DNA of 64,000 bases from Podarcis gaigeae. Taxonomy: Eukaryota. The position numbers and the translations under genes are program-made. Below the pieces are notes generated by a model, which saw only the letters and a program-made list of their open reading frames with translations, was not told the origin of the DNA and did no database searches. Location: assembly GCA_964106915.2 (NCBI GenBank), contig OZ066916.1; one strand, 5' to 3'. Numbering within the stretch: the first letter of the stretch is position 1; each line of letters opens with the position of its first letter. Shown piece after piece: positions 21,752-43,281 of the stretch.

Positions 21752-23755
21752 TTCAAGAATATTGTTTTTGTACTGTATAGAAATATTGTAGGATTTCTTA
21801 AGACACTATGAAGTGACACAATCAGCTCAACAATTTATACATCATGTAAATTCATCCTGACAGATTCCTACACTGAATCTAAACTGCAGTACAAAGAGTA
21901 CAATACTCATATAAAGCTACTCTTAGAGGAAAGGGAGGGGAGGCAGAATGATCACCTGAAAACAACCTTTTGCGTTCTGATACAAACTTGAGAAGGAAGA
22001 GGGGTGGAATCGAGGAAACCGTCAAAGGTTTCCCGTTTAAATTTTTGAATTGCCTCATTCTAATTACTTCTCATGGGTGTTTGCAACAGTAGCACAGCAG
22101 AACAATATTGCAAAATCACAGGGGACATTAATTATCTTGATGTCTGAGGAGTGGTAATAACATATGCAGCAGAGACAGAAATATAGCTATGCCCACAATG
22201 ATAGAGGTGAAGAAGATTGAGACATCTGGGGATGTGTTTCATGCAGGCTCTGTTCTGTTCATCTCCACAGTGCAAGTGAGATTCAGTCAGGTACTTGGCC
22301 TGACATTGATTTCAAGGTGAATACTTGCATGCTTAAAAGTCTAGTCACACATTCATGCAGTTCCAGGAATTCTGATTCAGTTACCCCAAGTTTTTAGTGT
22401 ACAAAGTGTCTAATCCACAAACTCTGTAAGGGCTGGGAGGTTTGTATCATAATCACAACATATACTACTCAATTAAAGATGCAGAACACTTTTGAATTGC
22501 TGTAAGAGTATGCAATCACAAACCCAAATACAGCTACTCTGTGCATATTCTTACATTAACTCAGATGGGGTATGTTGTTTATCAACACAGTATTTACTGC
22601 ATACAGGAGAAAGAGATATAAAATTCAATGGATATTATGATTTAAATATATGCAGCCTGATCCTAGCCTTGTTTACCCAGAAGTAATTCTGATTTACTGC
22701 AACAGGGTCTGCTCCCAAAAAGACTGCAGTGTATTGTGCCCTGCTCCTATTCATGTTGGAAGTACGTACCACTGAACACTGAAGGGCTGAACCCATAGTA
22801 AATCTGCATAGGATTGTAGTCTTAAAACACAATTCTAATCATGCTGACTCGGAAATTATTCTCATAACATTCAGTGGGACCTATTACTGCTCTTGATTAC
22901 TCAGTGGCTCCTTTCTGCTGTGATCCTTGCTTGAGGGGGTTCTTTGTATCCCTTTCTTATGTCCATTAAAACACAAGCAGAAAACTTATTCCATGCTATC
23001 CACTGCTGTTTCTTATAAGCCCCACCTAACTCTGCAATGCAAGGTGCCCCAGGACGGGAAAGGTGATGCTGCCAACCTTAGTAGGTGAAGTAGGCAGATC
23101 TGGGGATAATGTAATGGCTTTTTTAACTAGCCAATCTGTCACTTGTAATAGAGCAGAACTTCAGAATATGGCACTGTAAACTTTTGCAGGGCCTGAGCAG
23201 AGGCTACACACAGGTGAATTAGCAGAATCTTCTTAGCACCACTCCAGTTTTACAGTGTGTATGAAAAATTTTGGCCCCCTCTCCTCACTAAAATGAATTC
23301 AATGTGAACTGACTAAACCTAGAACTTCTAGTAGTTCACCTACTAAGATGATGGAGTGATGCAGAGGAGTGGTTAATCTTTTTTAAAAAATTATCTCAAA
23401 CAAGAAGGTCCCAGCTTTGATTGATTGATTTAAGCACAAGTTCATTTTGTTACCTCTTTTGGTGTTTTAAAAAATGTTACGCTACAAAAAGTCTCCATAA
23501 TAAACATCTTTAAAAGTCACTATAATACATGTGTTAAAAATAAGACATGTCCATTCCTCAGATTGTAACACCCAAACAAGGCCTCGGAAACCCACTGTGA
23601 AACATTGACAGAGGGGTACATTTCATTGGGCCGTGTAATCATATGGACAATGCAGTTATATGGTAAAGGTAAAGGACCCCTGGATGGTTAAGTTCAGTCA
23701 AAGATGACTATGGGGTGCAGCGCTCATCTCTACCACTAGGAGCTATTGCCTAGGT

Positions 23756-23891
23756 CAGTGGTGGCCAAACTTGACCCTCCAGCTGTTTTTGGACTACAAC
23801 TCCCACCATCCCTAGCTAACAGGACCAGTGGTCAGGGATGATGGGAATTGTAGTCTCAAAACAGCTGGAGGGCCAAGTTTGACCACCACTG
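23756..23891. mobile_element. hAT-type MITE
   Basis: TIR CAGTGGTGGCCAAACTT / AAGTTTGACCACCACTG; 8-bp TSD GCCTAGGT/GCCTAAGT. Adjacent to a Sauria SINE tail fragment at 23664-23730. Confidence 0.85.
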
Positions 23892-24053
23892 GCCTAAGTG
23901 AAGGTATCTGATACATTATTAACTGAGCCATTTTAAAAGGCTATTTTTTGTCCTTAGATGTGCTGAGAATTCTATTCTCTCCCACACCCATGACAGTAGC
24001 CACGAAAAGTTACTAGTCTGCAGAAGACAGTTGTATCCTCAAGGTCTAACAAC

Positions 24054-24143
24054 GCAACCCTATACATGTCAATTTAGAAATAAGTCCCACTGAGTTCAGT
24101 GGGCCTTACTCCCACCCACATAAGTGGGTACAAAACTGCAACT
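24054..24143. repeat. Old ~90-bp palindromic interspersed repeat (representative copy; others near 3306-3395, 21110-21380, 22690-22822, 26910-26970)
   Basis: GCAA(T/C)CCTAT...TAAGTCCCACTGAGTTCAGTGGG..TTAC...GGATTGCAG pattern with self-complementary arms. Confidence 0.55.
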
Positions 24144-25304
24144 GAGACACACCAATAAACCTAGAAACTTCTGTTCCTGTGTGTGCATGGGACCTTCGTC
24201 CCCTCAAAAAATCCCATCAGCTCTGACCTTATCATTTACAGCAGATTTAACAACATATTGAAAGTAGTTTCCAGTGAAGACATGTACAAACCAAGGTTCT
24301 GTGAACAATGATTCCACCAAGTGCCCAAAGACAAAGAGGACATATTTCCGAAATGATATGTTCATATTTGCCCAAAGAACACTTGTACATTCAGAAATAC
24401 TTTGCCGCTCTTAAATCTCAGTTATATTGTTCAGTTTTGCAGTTAGAACATTAACACAATGGGTATCAATAAATAAACTAGAAGCTTTAAAAAATTGTAT
24501 TAATATTATATTGTGCAAAAACATTTAATGACCTACATTCTATGCACATACCCTGACTATCATATGAAAGCCAAATCCAGAAGCCATTACTCAGTTTTGA
24601 CCTTTCCCTGGACAACAAACTCCCCCAAAGTAGAAACCACAATGGTAACTGGCTGCAATCCAATGCACAATTAAACACACCCAAGTCCACTTGATTCAAT
24701 GGGATGTGTGTGTTGAGACAGGACCAGAGCCATTGTGTCTAGCTGATCACATGCCATTAGAGTCCACAGGACTTTTTGTCATTGGTGTTAAGGAGACCAG
24801 CATTAGGCACTGAATAATGACTTCCACATTTAACCCTCTTTGTGATCTGTGTTACACTTACATTAACCCACTTAAGTGCAGGAGAAATATTTCCAAAAGA
24901 AAACGATTCCCTTGTCATTTAATAATACATTTAGCACTTTAAACTGCCCTGTCAATAGCTTCTGCAGTTTATAGACAATGAAGTAACTCTTTCAGGATCC
25001 ACTATAATTTGATTATCCAGCAGGCGTAGGCTATTTAGTGCCAAAGAAAAATGGGGCACGGCTCAGTCTCAAGTAATCATCAATTGCTTTCTTCATTAGG
25101 ATAAACAGTATTTCAGTCCGTCAGTATGTTCTTTGCTGCTTATGGGAGCAAAACGGTGGTGCCAGCCCTAGAGGGAAGTTGCTCAAGGGTTGCTTGTCTC
25201 TGCTCCTTCAGACAGATGTGGACGGCATCTGAGCCAATTTGGAATCTAAAATTTTGGTTTTTATCTTTATCTGATTGTTTTTGCTTTTGAATATGAAAAC
25301 AAGG

Positions 25305-34181
<8,877 letters not shown>

Positions 34182-35917
34182 CTTGTGGGAAGCCCGGCTG
34201 TGCCCGAGGAGGGAGACGCGGCGCCGGGCGCCTCCGACGTGCCTGGCCGAGCGCGGGCAAAGCGGCGCCGGAGCCGACCTGGCAGGAGGAGGGGCGAGGC
34301 CGGGCCGGACGGCAGGAGCTCCTCGGCGAGGCTCGACGGCGCGGCGCGCGGAGATGGAGCTGCGGCGGCGGCGGCGGCGGCGAGGAGGAGGAGGAGGAGG
34401 AGGAGGAAGGCGGGCGGGCGGGCGGGCGAAGCGAGGCTGCTGCTGGGTGCCAGGCGGGAGGCGGCCCGGCAAGCCCTGCCCGGCGGCGCAGGGCATGGAC
34501 CGGGAGGCGACGCGCCCAGGCTGGTGGCCTGGCCGGGCGGGCGGGCGGGGGGCGGGATGGAGAGAGAGCGGGGTCTTCAGCCCGGAGTGTTTTGCCCCTG
34601 GGGGAGGCCAGAGGCCAGGGAGCGGGCCGGGGGTGGCGCCCCACGGAGTCCAGATGCAGAGCGGGCCACGGCGAGGGGGATTGCCAAAGGTGGTTTTCCT
34701 CGGCTACTCGCTGCCTTACAAAAAAGAAATTTTTGCCCAGCTTGTAAAGCTAAGTTGCAAGCGCGTAAGTTGCGGGCTGACTGTAACATATCCCCTGCTT
34801 GTTTGTTAGTTTGTCCTGTATTTGTTCCTTTTTAATTCCGTGGCTGGCGCAGCACCCAGAAATAATCAAGAAATTGTTGTGCTTTCTAGTTTCTTATTTC
34901 TGTCCCATTTAAAAAAATAAAAGGCAACCCATGTTCCTTAGGCTTCCAAAAAAATCATGCTAGCAGTGGCGCCTCTGTATGAGGTTTGTTTGTACACTTG
35001 GGAGATTTGAGAAACTGGGCCTGTTGTCTGAGTTTTCCATCCTTGGAGCAGCTTTCTGTGTCATGATTATCATTTTCACTCCAGAATCCAGGGGGCTCAA
35101 GGATTTCCCACCGTAAACAATTAGCATACACCACTGCAGGTGTTCCTACAGACTTGGGCCGGCCCTACCATTAGGGAGAATGAGACTACTGTCACTTTAC
35201 CCCACATAAGCTCACTTGGCAGCTTGGATCTGCCACATAATATTCACTGCGCACTTGTAAGAAATCAGTCTTTTTGTGTGGAAGCACCTATACATTGGAA
35301 CTCCCTGCAGGTGTTTTCACTGTACTGTTTTCAGTGCCCATTAAAACATGGTGCCTTCTTACATAATTCTAGGCACCAGGAAAAAACATTTCTCTCCCCC
35401 CAGGCAGTTAGTTGGCTGATTAAACTATCTATGGCCTTTTAAATGTGTTGCGGCGTTCAGTGGTTTTGAACTCATTTCAGCTTCGCTGGGGAGGGCAGGA
35501 TAGAAATAAAATGTTGTTGTTATTATTATTATTATTACTGAAGTGTTTGATTCCACTCTCAACGACTGAGACAAAATTAAGGGCCTCAGTTTCACTCCTG
35601 ACTAAAGAAGCTGAAGTACATTTTTGTGAGTACCCCTGCCCTATGTATAGCCATATAGGGCTTTTTTTCAGACAAAACTCACCGGAACTCAATTCCAGCA
35701 CCTCTCAATTGGGTGCCATTGCCATTATAACAGAACAAGGGGGAAATAGTCCTGGCTACCCCCAGAGCGAAGACCACTCTCGCAGATACTCAGTCACAGA
35801 AAGAAAAAAAGAAAACACTTTAATAAGTAGCATTTTGAACAGAAAAATCAAAAATATTTTCACATTCTTTTATCTATGTCACAAAGACCTACTTAGACAG
35901 CAAATGGATTGTCTATA

Positions 35918-36142
35918 CAGTGGTACCTCAGGTTACAGACGCTTCGGGTTCAAACTCCGCTAACCAAAAAGTGGTTGCTCCAGGTTAAGAACTTTGCCCC
36001 AGGATAAGAATGGAAATTGTGCACCAGCGGCACAGCGGCAGCAGGAGGCCCCATTAGCGTAAGCGCGCCTCAGGTTAAGAACTGTTTCAGGTTAAGAATG
36101 GACCTCTGGAAGGAATTAAATTCTTAACCCAAGGTACCACCA
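35918..36142. mobile_element. Tc1/mariner (Tigger-like) MITE
   Basis: TA|CAGTGGTACCTC ... AAGGTACCAC; same family as 18645 in the opposite orientation. Confidence 0.8.
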
Positions 36143-38804
36143 TACTAGTATTCTGTTTGATCATTTCAAGAGTTTGGTTTAGTTTCTGGCTGCCATTTAT
36201 GAAAAAGGAATGTAGCCTGATCAGGATTTTGGTGTGGCATAATTACACTGGGTGTATTACACCATAGCAGTCTGATATTGTGTGTTATGCTTAGACTCAT
36301 TTGCATTGCCTATCATGTCCTTTGTTGTAATGATGTGACAGTTTGCAGGTTCCACAATGAGTCCCTTTAGTTTCAGGGTGGAAAGATGTAACAGCAATCT
36401 GGAAAAGATGAGCAACAAGTAAGAAGAAAGTCTGGCAAGAGTTTGAGTCATCCGAACAAACAAGTGCCAAGCCAAAATTTCTTGAATATGGAAAATTCTA
36501 GAGAAATAAACATTTACAAAAGCATCTCCTGGCATTTAGTGAATTACCGCACACTATTCCTGTTTTGATGGCAATTAATAATTCAAACAGTAACAGTACC
36601 ATAGTTGGACCTGAAAACCAGTGCCAAATTAAGGATGAACAACCAATTAAAATTTTGTGTGAGTACATAAGGTCAAAGATTGTCTAGGCCCTTTTGGTTA
36701 TGCTGAAAGTTCGGGAGTGGCCCACGGCCATTTCTCCCTTATGACCATGGCCAGGCACTATTCAATCTCTTGTATTCAATGAAAGAAACACTGTAAATCT
36801 CAACAGGTTTTTTAGAACTGCCACAACTAAGCTTCCCAGCTCAGGTCCCTTAATGACAGTATGGCAGAGAAAACTTTAGAAGTGAGGAAAGTGTAGAAAA
36901 CATTGGCAATGTCCACATTTGTTTTTTCTCAAGTTAAGCAGAGCTCAGTCTGGCTGCTTAGCAAATAAATAATGTTCTTACTAAGGCTTCCTGATCTTTA
37001 AGGTAATTAGCAGAGGCCAAGGAAGAATCAAATGGTGATGTTTCATGAAGTTCCATAATAACAAAGGAGATATAGCAATGCCTCATCACAAATACGAAAC
37101 TGGAGGTGTTGTCTGGCCCAGGAGAGTTGGCACCTGAACTTGTGGACCACATACCATCTGATGTGCTCACAGAAACACACCCGCTGCACAACCACCCACT
37201 CACTCTTGATCATAGTGCGCATGGCGTAGCATCAGCACAACTGAAGCAAGAAGGCAATTAACATGTCTGTGCAATGTGACAGGAGTTCTGTGAAGGGAAA
37301 TATGAACTTTACCTAGGGACAGGTGTGGCCCTACTGTGATGTGATCTCAATAATGCCTCTCCCAGTGAAGCTCTGAAACAGGTTTGTCTCATTGTTGATT
37401 TCTCTTGATCCAGAAACACTTAGCCCACCTTCTTTTCTTCCCCTTGCCCAAATTAAATTTATTACAAAACATACAAGAAGATAAAAGGAAGAAACCGCTT
37501 TCCAAAACTTCAGTGCAGTTTACAGACTTGAAAGAGACCTTCAGCAGAAAACAGATCAATATAAGCAAATGAGAAAAATGAACAAGCATGGTCTGGAAAC
37601 CAAAGCTTATGAGGAACGGTTGAAGGAGCTTGGTATGTTATTTATGTGTACATTATTTATATATAAATTCCATTCCCACCCTTCCTCCCAAAGGAGCTCA
37701 AAGTGACAATAAAAACAGGAAAATAAAGCAATAAAATAAACAGGTTTTATAGCATCTGAAAACATTTTAAAATGTTTTAACATCTGGACACATTCATAGA
37801 CAATTTACTCAAACAAAATTTAAAAACCAGCCTATTTGCTTTCAGTCTCATAAGACTTTGAGTCATGACTTCTCTATTTGCAACCACCGCCAACAAGTAT
37901 TTAAATCTCCTGTCATTACAAAAGGTTTCATTTACATTTTTATAGTGTGCATTTGCTCCTTACAAACTATGTCAACCACAAAGTCACAAACAATTGCCCC
38001 ATTTTTGGATAGTATACAGAGCAGGCTTCATTTTTTACATAAACATGCAGCTGAAGTGATGACAGCCATTTTGAGCAGATCCCAAAGCAGGCAGCTCCAG
38101 AAGGAGTTTTGTTAGCGCACAGCAATGGCCCACTGTGATTTTGCAGTGGCAGCTGGGGATTTGCTTGCACCTATTACTTGGCTTTTGTATTCTCCTAATT
38201 TCCTTCCTAATTTCTAGATGCCCAAAGTTTTTACTAGTGCATTGGGTCTTTCCTTCACAGGTGGTCAACAGCTTAGCTTGCACTTTATACAGAATATTCA
38301 TGCCTACCTATTCACAGCTATATTTGAATTTTAGAAGTACAATTAATAATTGACCTAATTACTAGTAGACTATGCTCAGAACCAATTACATGTCCTTTAT
38401 CTTTTGGTGATGTAACCTGAATGGGTGTGTCCAGTCTGGTTTGCATTTAATAAGATGTTCATTTCTAACTTGATCATAGTTGCATTTCAGTTAATAAGTG
38501 CACTAAACTTAATAACAGTGAATAATAACATGTTTCTGAAAATGGTTGTTTACCCCTGCTGAAGCTCATTCTCCTGTGTAATGTTCTTCTGTTTCTAATT
38601 GGTACTTAGTCCTATCCAACAATCTTACCTTATAACCAAAGGATCCTGTGCCATCTCATTACCTTTGTGGGTGTGACGGAGGAAAAATGCATTTTAACAG
38701 GTTAATAACTTGAACACAAATGATTCTTATACATGGGAAATACCTAGACTGCAATCCACAAATACAACCAACTTGCATTTATACCTAATTAAAACTATTG
38801 ATAG

Positions 38805-39166
38805 TGACGTGGGTGGCTCTGTGGTCTAAAGCACTGAGCCTCTTGGGCTTGCCGATCAGAAGGTCAGCGGTTTGAATCCCCGCGACGGGGTGAGCTCCCG
38901 TTGCTCTGTCCTGGCTTCTGCCAACGTAGTAGTTCGAAAGCACGTCAATGTGCAAGTAGATAAACAGGTACCGCTCCGGCAGGAAGGTAAACTGTGTTTC
39001 TGTGCGCCGCTCTGGCTTCTCCAGAAGCGGCTTAGTCATGCTGACCACATGACCCAGAAAAACTGCAGACAAATGTCTGCTCCCTCGGCCAGTAAAGCGA
39101 GATGAGCGCTGCAACCCGAGTCGTTTGCAACAACTTAACTTTCAGGGGTCCTTTACCTTTACCTTT
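38805..39166 (+). mobile_element. Full-length Sauria SINE
   Basis: Typical head, core and (ACCTTT)n tail; degenerate TSD TTAAAACTATTGATAG / TTAAAATTATCAGTAG. Confidence 0.92.
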
Positions 39167-39985
39167 AAAATTATCAGTAGCAACGGAGGCCTTCTGAATT
39201 AAATACAAGTCTGCACATTTAAGAGGTTTGTTGCTAGCAACCAGTTCTTAGTGGTTCACAGTTTGCATGGCTTTCTAAATATCTAGAGCAAGGCCCGAAA
39301 CAGATGCAACATGTTTTCTTAAAAGCAAGTAGCAGTCAGCTGGGTCCCTGTTGCAATGCAGGACAGTGGTGCAGGACAGTGGACCTATAACCCTTTGCTG
39401 CCACCAAGATTCCACACCAGAAATTCTAGTTGACAGTGGTGGTAGGAGGGGAGGAAACAGAAATCGTGTGTGCAAATACACACCAGCTGGAGACAAGGTT
39501 GCTGATTGCATGTACAGAGGCTAGGTGTGTACAGTTTTGTTTTAATATCCTGCTCTTCAGGAAACACTTTCAGTGTGGTTCACAACAAGCTGAATCCGGA
39601 CTTCATCCTGCTTTAGGTGGAACCATTGAAAACCACAAGCCAATAGTTATTATTTCAGGGAGTCTGCTGCTCTAAGCATGACCCACTTTTGATACAAACC
39701 ACTATTTAAAATTATGAAAAATACAAATCTAAATAAAATACAATTTACTGCAGCCATAGCAACAGAGCATAAAACCTTCATGGTACCTCAGTAACAAATA
39801 ACTGGGTGAACAAAGGGGTCTTCAAAGAAAAGCAAAAATCTTATGGGTTTTATCCAATGCCATCATTATGCTTGAACAGTAGTCTTCTCCCTCCTCATCT
39901 CTCCTCTCCCACATATCCCAGACCCTCCAAATTCACTCCAGAGGGTTCAGGGACTTTCCAGTACAGATTTTGGAATTGTGTGGGG

Positions 39986-40517
39986 CAGGGTTGGATTTAG
40001 GTTTGATGAGGACCTAAGCTACTGAAGGTAATGGGGCCCTTTATATGTCCAGCTGTCCTTCGTCAACAACAAATTGTCTCTGTTTTTTGTGTTGAATATA
40101 TGCTATATGGTAATTTCTGGACCTAATAGGTATCAAGATTCCACCTAAACATTAGGAAGAACTTCCTGACAGTAAGAGCTGTTTGACAGTGGAATTGCTG
40201 CCAAGGAGTGTGGTGGAGTCTCCTTCTTTGGAGGTCTTGAAGCAGAGGCTTGACAACCATATGTCAGGAGTGCTCTGATGGTGTTTCCTGCTTGGCAGGG
40301 GGTAGGACTCGATGGCCCTTGTGGTCTCTTCCAACTCTATGATTCTATGAAACCCATTTGCATATAACACAATATGTATTTTATCAAAGTAATTGTTTTT
40401 TATCTTATATTTTGGAAATGTACATCCAGGTCTTTTCCCTTTAAATTTTTTGGGGGCCCCCAAGAGAGTGGGACCCTAAACTATAGCTTGTTTAGCCTGT
40501 ATGTAAATCTGGCACTG
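39986..40517. mobile_element. hAT-type non-autonomous element with a nested CR1 3' fragment (~40141-40349, +)
   Basis: TIR CAGGGTTGGATTTA / TAAATCTGGCACTG; perfect 8-bp TSD GTGTGGGG (39978-39985, 40518-40525). The inner segment is nearly identical to the 3' end of the CR1 at 43.3 kb and ends in ATGATTCTATGA. Confidence 0.8.
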
Positions 40518-43281
40518 GTGTGGGGAGAAGGGAAGTTCTGTTGCATAAGTGGAACTGTACATGCAGCATTGGATATAACCCTATGAACTGGCCCCTTGTA
40601 CATATACTGTATGCAGATCAATCTTCCACCCTTTGTGTCCTCCCTGCATAGCATTAAATAATGTGTGACTCTTGTTTATGCATTGTATATGTGGTGGATT
40701 GACTATCTTTAGAGAACCGTGTCTTTTATTAAAAATTCAAATTTTACTGCCAGTGTGATAGAAACTGTCCTATGAGGTCAGTTGCTGGTGAAAACCCCAT
40801 AATTGAACCTGAAGAGTCCTGCTTCTCTTTTTATTGAAAACTTTAGGCTTTTAAATGTTAAATATGCTCTTAAAATGTAAAGAGACCTTTCAAATATTGC
40901 CGATGTTGGCCTTTACAAAAATGTGTTTGAAAGTTATTCTCCTACTTTCGGGGACTCCTAAGTTGAGCAAATGTTTCAGCTAATTCTGTTCCTCTCCTTT
41001 AAAATGCAAACATTCTTGTGCAATGAGCAATGCAGATTCCATTCTGCATCTTTAGCTGGAATTTAGCAATGGCTGAGGACAGTGCTTTTTTCTAGAAAAA
41101 GATGCCGTTACTCACCATGAAGTTGTTACAGTAAGTGCCACACTTTTTAACAACAACACACAAGAGGTGCCGGTACTGCGCATCCTTAAGTACCCCCAGA
41201 AAAAAGCACTGGTTGAGGGTAATGACTGTTCCAGTAAAAGACACCCACTGACTATGCTTTGAAAGAACAACCTCATGCCTCAGGGTGCAGGTGAACCAAG
41301 AATAATGACTGCCCTTGGGGACCAAAACAAAATTAAAATCATGTGAAGAAGGAGGCTGGGTCAAAAGCTATTAATGCAATACAGGACCATTGTTGTGTTG
41401 CACCTCATTCGAGAAACTTGCATTGAGGTTTTTATTAATGAAGCAGCATATAAATATTATGAAGCAAGCATGCAAATAATAAAGCAACCAGCTATCTTCT
41501 CAGTGAGTTAAGAAGTTGAGCAAACATGTCTACACTACAAAATGAAGCTGAACCAGTTGTCATGGTTTGCCCTCCAAGAAAGCATCTCAATCAATCAATC
41601 AATCAATCAAGGACTTGTAATTCTGTAATAATCTAACACCACAATAATGTTGTGCAGAACCTCCTGCCTCATTGCTGATTATGCACGCTTGCCAGGCACC
41701 TTCCATGCCAATGACAAGGCAAGTCAAAGATACATAGTGGACCTGCCACAGAATGCTGCAGCATGGAGCGCTTTTTCAGAAAACTCCATTCCATTGCCCG
41801 CCTGTTCCCTACCTTAACCGTCAGGAAGCACTTTGTGGCACTGAGCATGTTCAGACCAGTGTGAAATGACATGGAGTTGAGTATGAACTGCATGCCCCCT
41901 AATGTCATTGGAATAGATGGATTTGACATCGTAGCTAAGTCTGTCATTTAGTGTTTGCCGTTTCAAAAATAGAAGCTCATACCTTGAGGGTATGTTCTGT
42001 AGCCAATATGAATAAAGTGATGCACTGAGAGAGAGAGAAAACAAACCACATACTGTACGATATATCAATATTCATCAAACTGTGTGTTCAGCCATATATG
42101 TTTGCTTTGTCATGGGTAATCATATTTAAAACTGCAGTCCTGGGCACAAGGCCACTGAACACAGTAGGACTTAGGGAACACGGTACAGTTGCACTGCATT
42201 TTGGCAGATACGGCCGTCAAGTGAAAATGCCTCCTTATAGATTTCAGTGTGGCACATAAAAAATTCATTAGTCACACTTGGACTAGTCCATCAGTTTGGG
42301 GGGGGGGGGTTAGTTTCTCATTTTTCCAATCTTAAATTTGATTTGTCCCATTTCTGCATAATTTTGCATTTTTATAGAAAAAGGCCTTGTGAAAATGTGT
42401 ACACCTTTTGCATGCACTTTATACCAATATGCACATTTTTATTCATTCTTGTATTGCAGAACTGCATTGCAAAAGTCAGAGAAACACAAAGTTCAGGAGA
42501 GCTGTGTTTGGGGTTCATATATTGGTTCAGATTTGTTAGGCTCACATTAAAATGCAGACCAAATAATTTTTTGTCCTATGTCTACCCTGAGTATGACTTA
42601 CGAGTAGTAGGATATCACCAAAGTCTTTACATTTTTCAGAGCTACATCCTCCAGGTATATCCTTTCTTACCAATTTAAATGAAAGAAGTATGCCTGCCTT
42701 TTGAAAATGATAACTGATTTCAGAGTATTTGTCTTCACAAAGTGTCCTTCCAGAACTCCTGAGATTTCTAGACTTAATTTCCAGTTTACATCTGTATAAT
42801 TCAATCCAGATTTGACAGCTGTTATCCACAGGGAACGGCCTTTGTTTATGTCTCTTTGTTAAAAAAGGAAGTAGTAACAACTTCTTAACTCTACTGAAGG
42901 TCGAATTTTACCCTTTGCTTTAAAAATTATTAAATATATAAAAAGAGTAGATTACCACAAAAGGCAACACCAATAGCAAATAATTGTTACTTATAAATAT
43001 ATTTTGGTAGTGAAATGGTACAAGGACATATCAGAATTAAGCTTTTATTTATTTTTTGTTTCATACAATTTGAGCACTGCTTGATTGTAAAAAAAAGTTC
43101 AAAGTGGTTTACAGAAAGATAAGACAATAAAATCAAGAAAAATGTTCAGCCCTACTTTGGCAGTGTGAATGCACTAAATTGTCACACCTTTCTTGCAGCA
43201 TACGTCTTACATCCTTTTTTCATTATTTGGAAATGTTTTGAAGAGATTATATTTTCCATATTTGAAGGTTGAAAGGAGAAG

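Noticed and set aside
36181-36300. CTGATCAGGATTTTGGTG (LIRILV) resembling the 58-kb membrane gene
   Set aside because: Similarity is limited to a few codons, with no sustained frame or splice structure.
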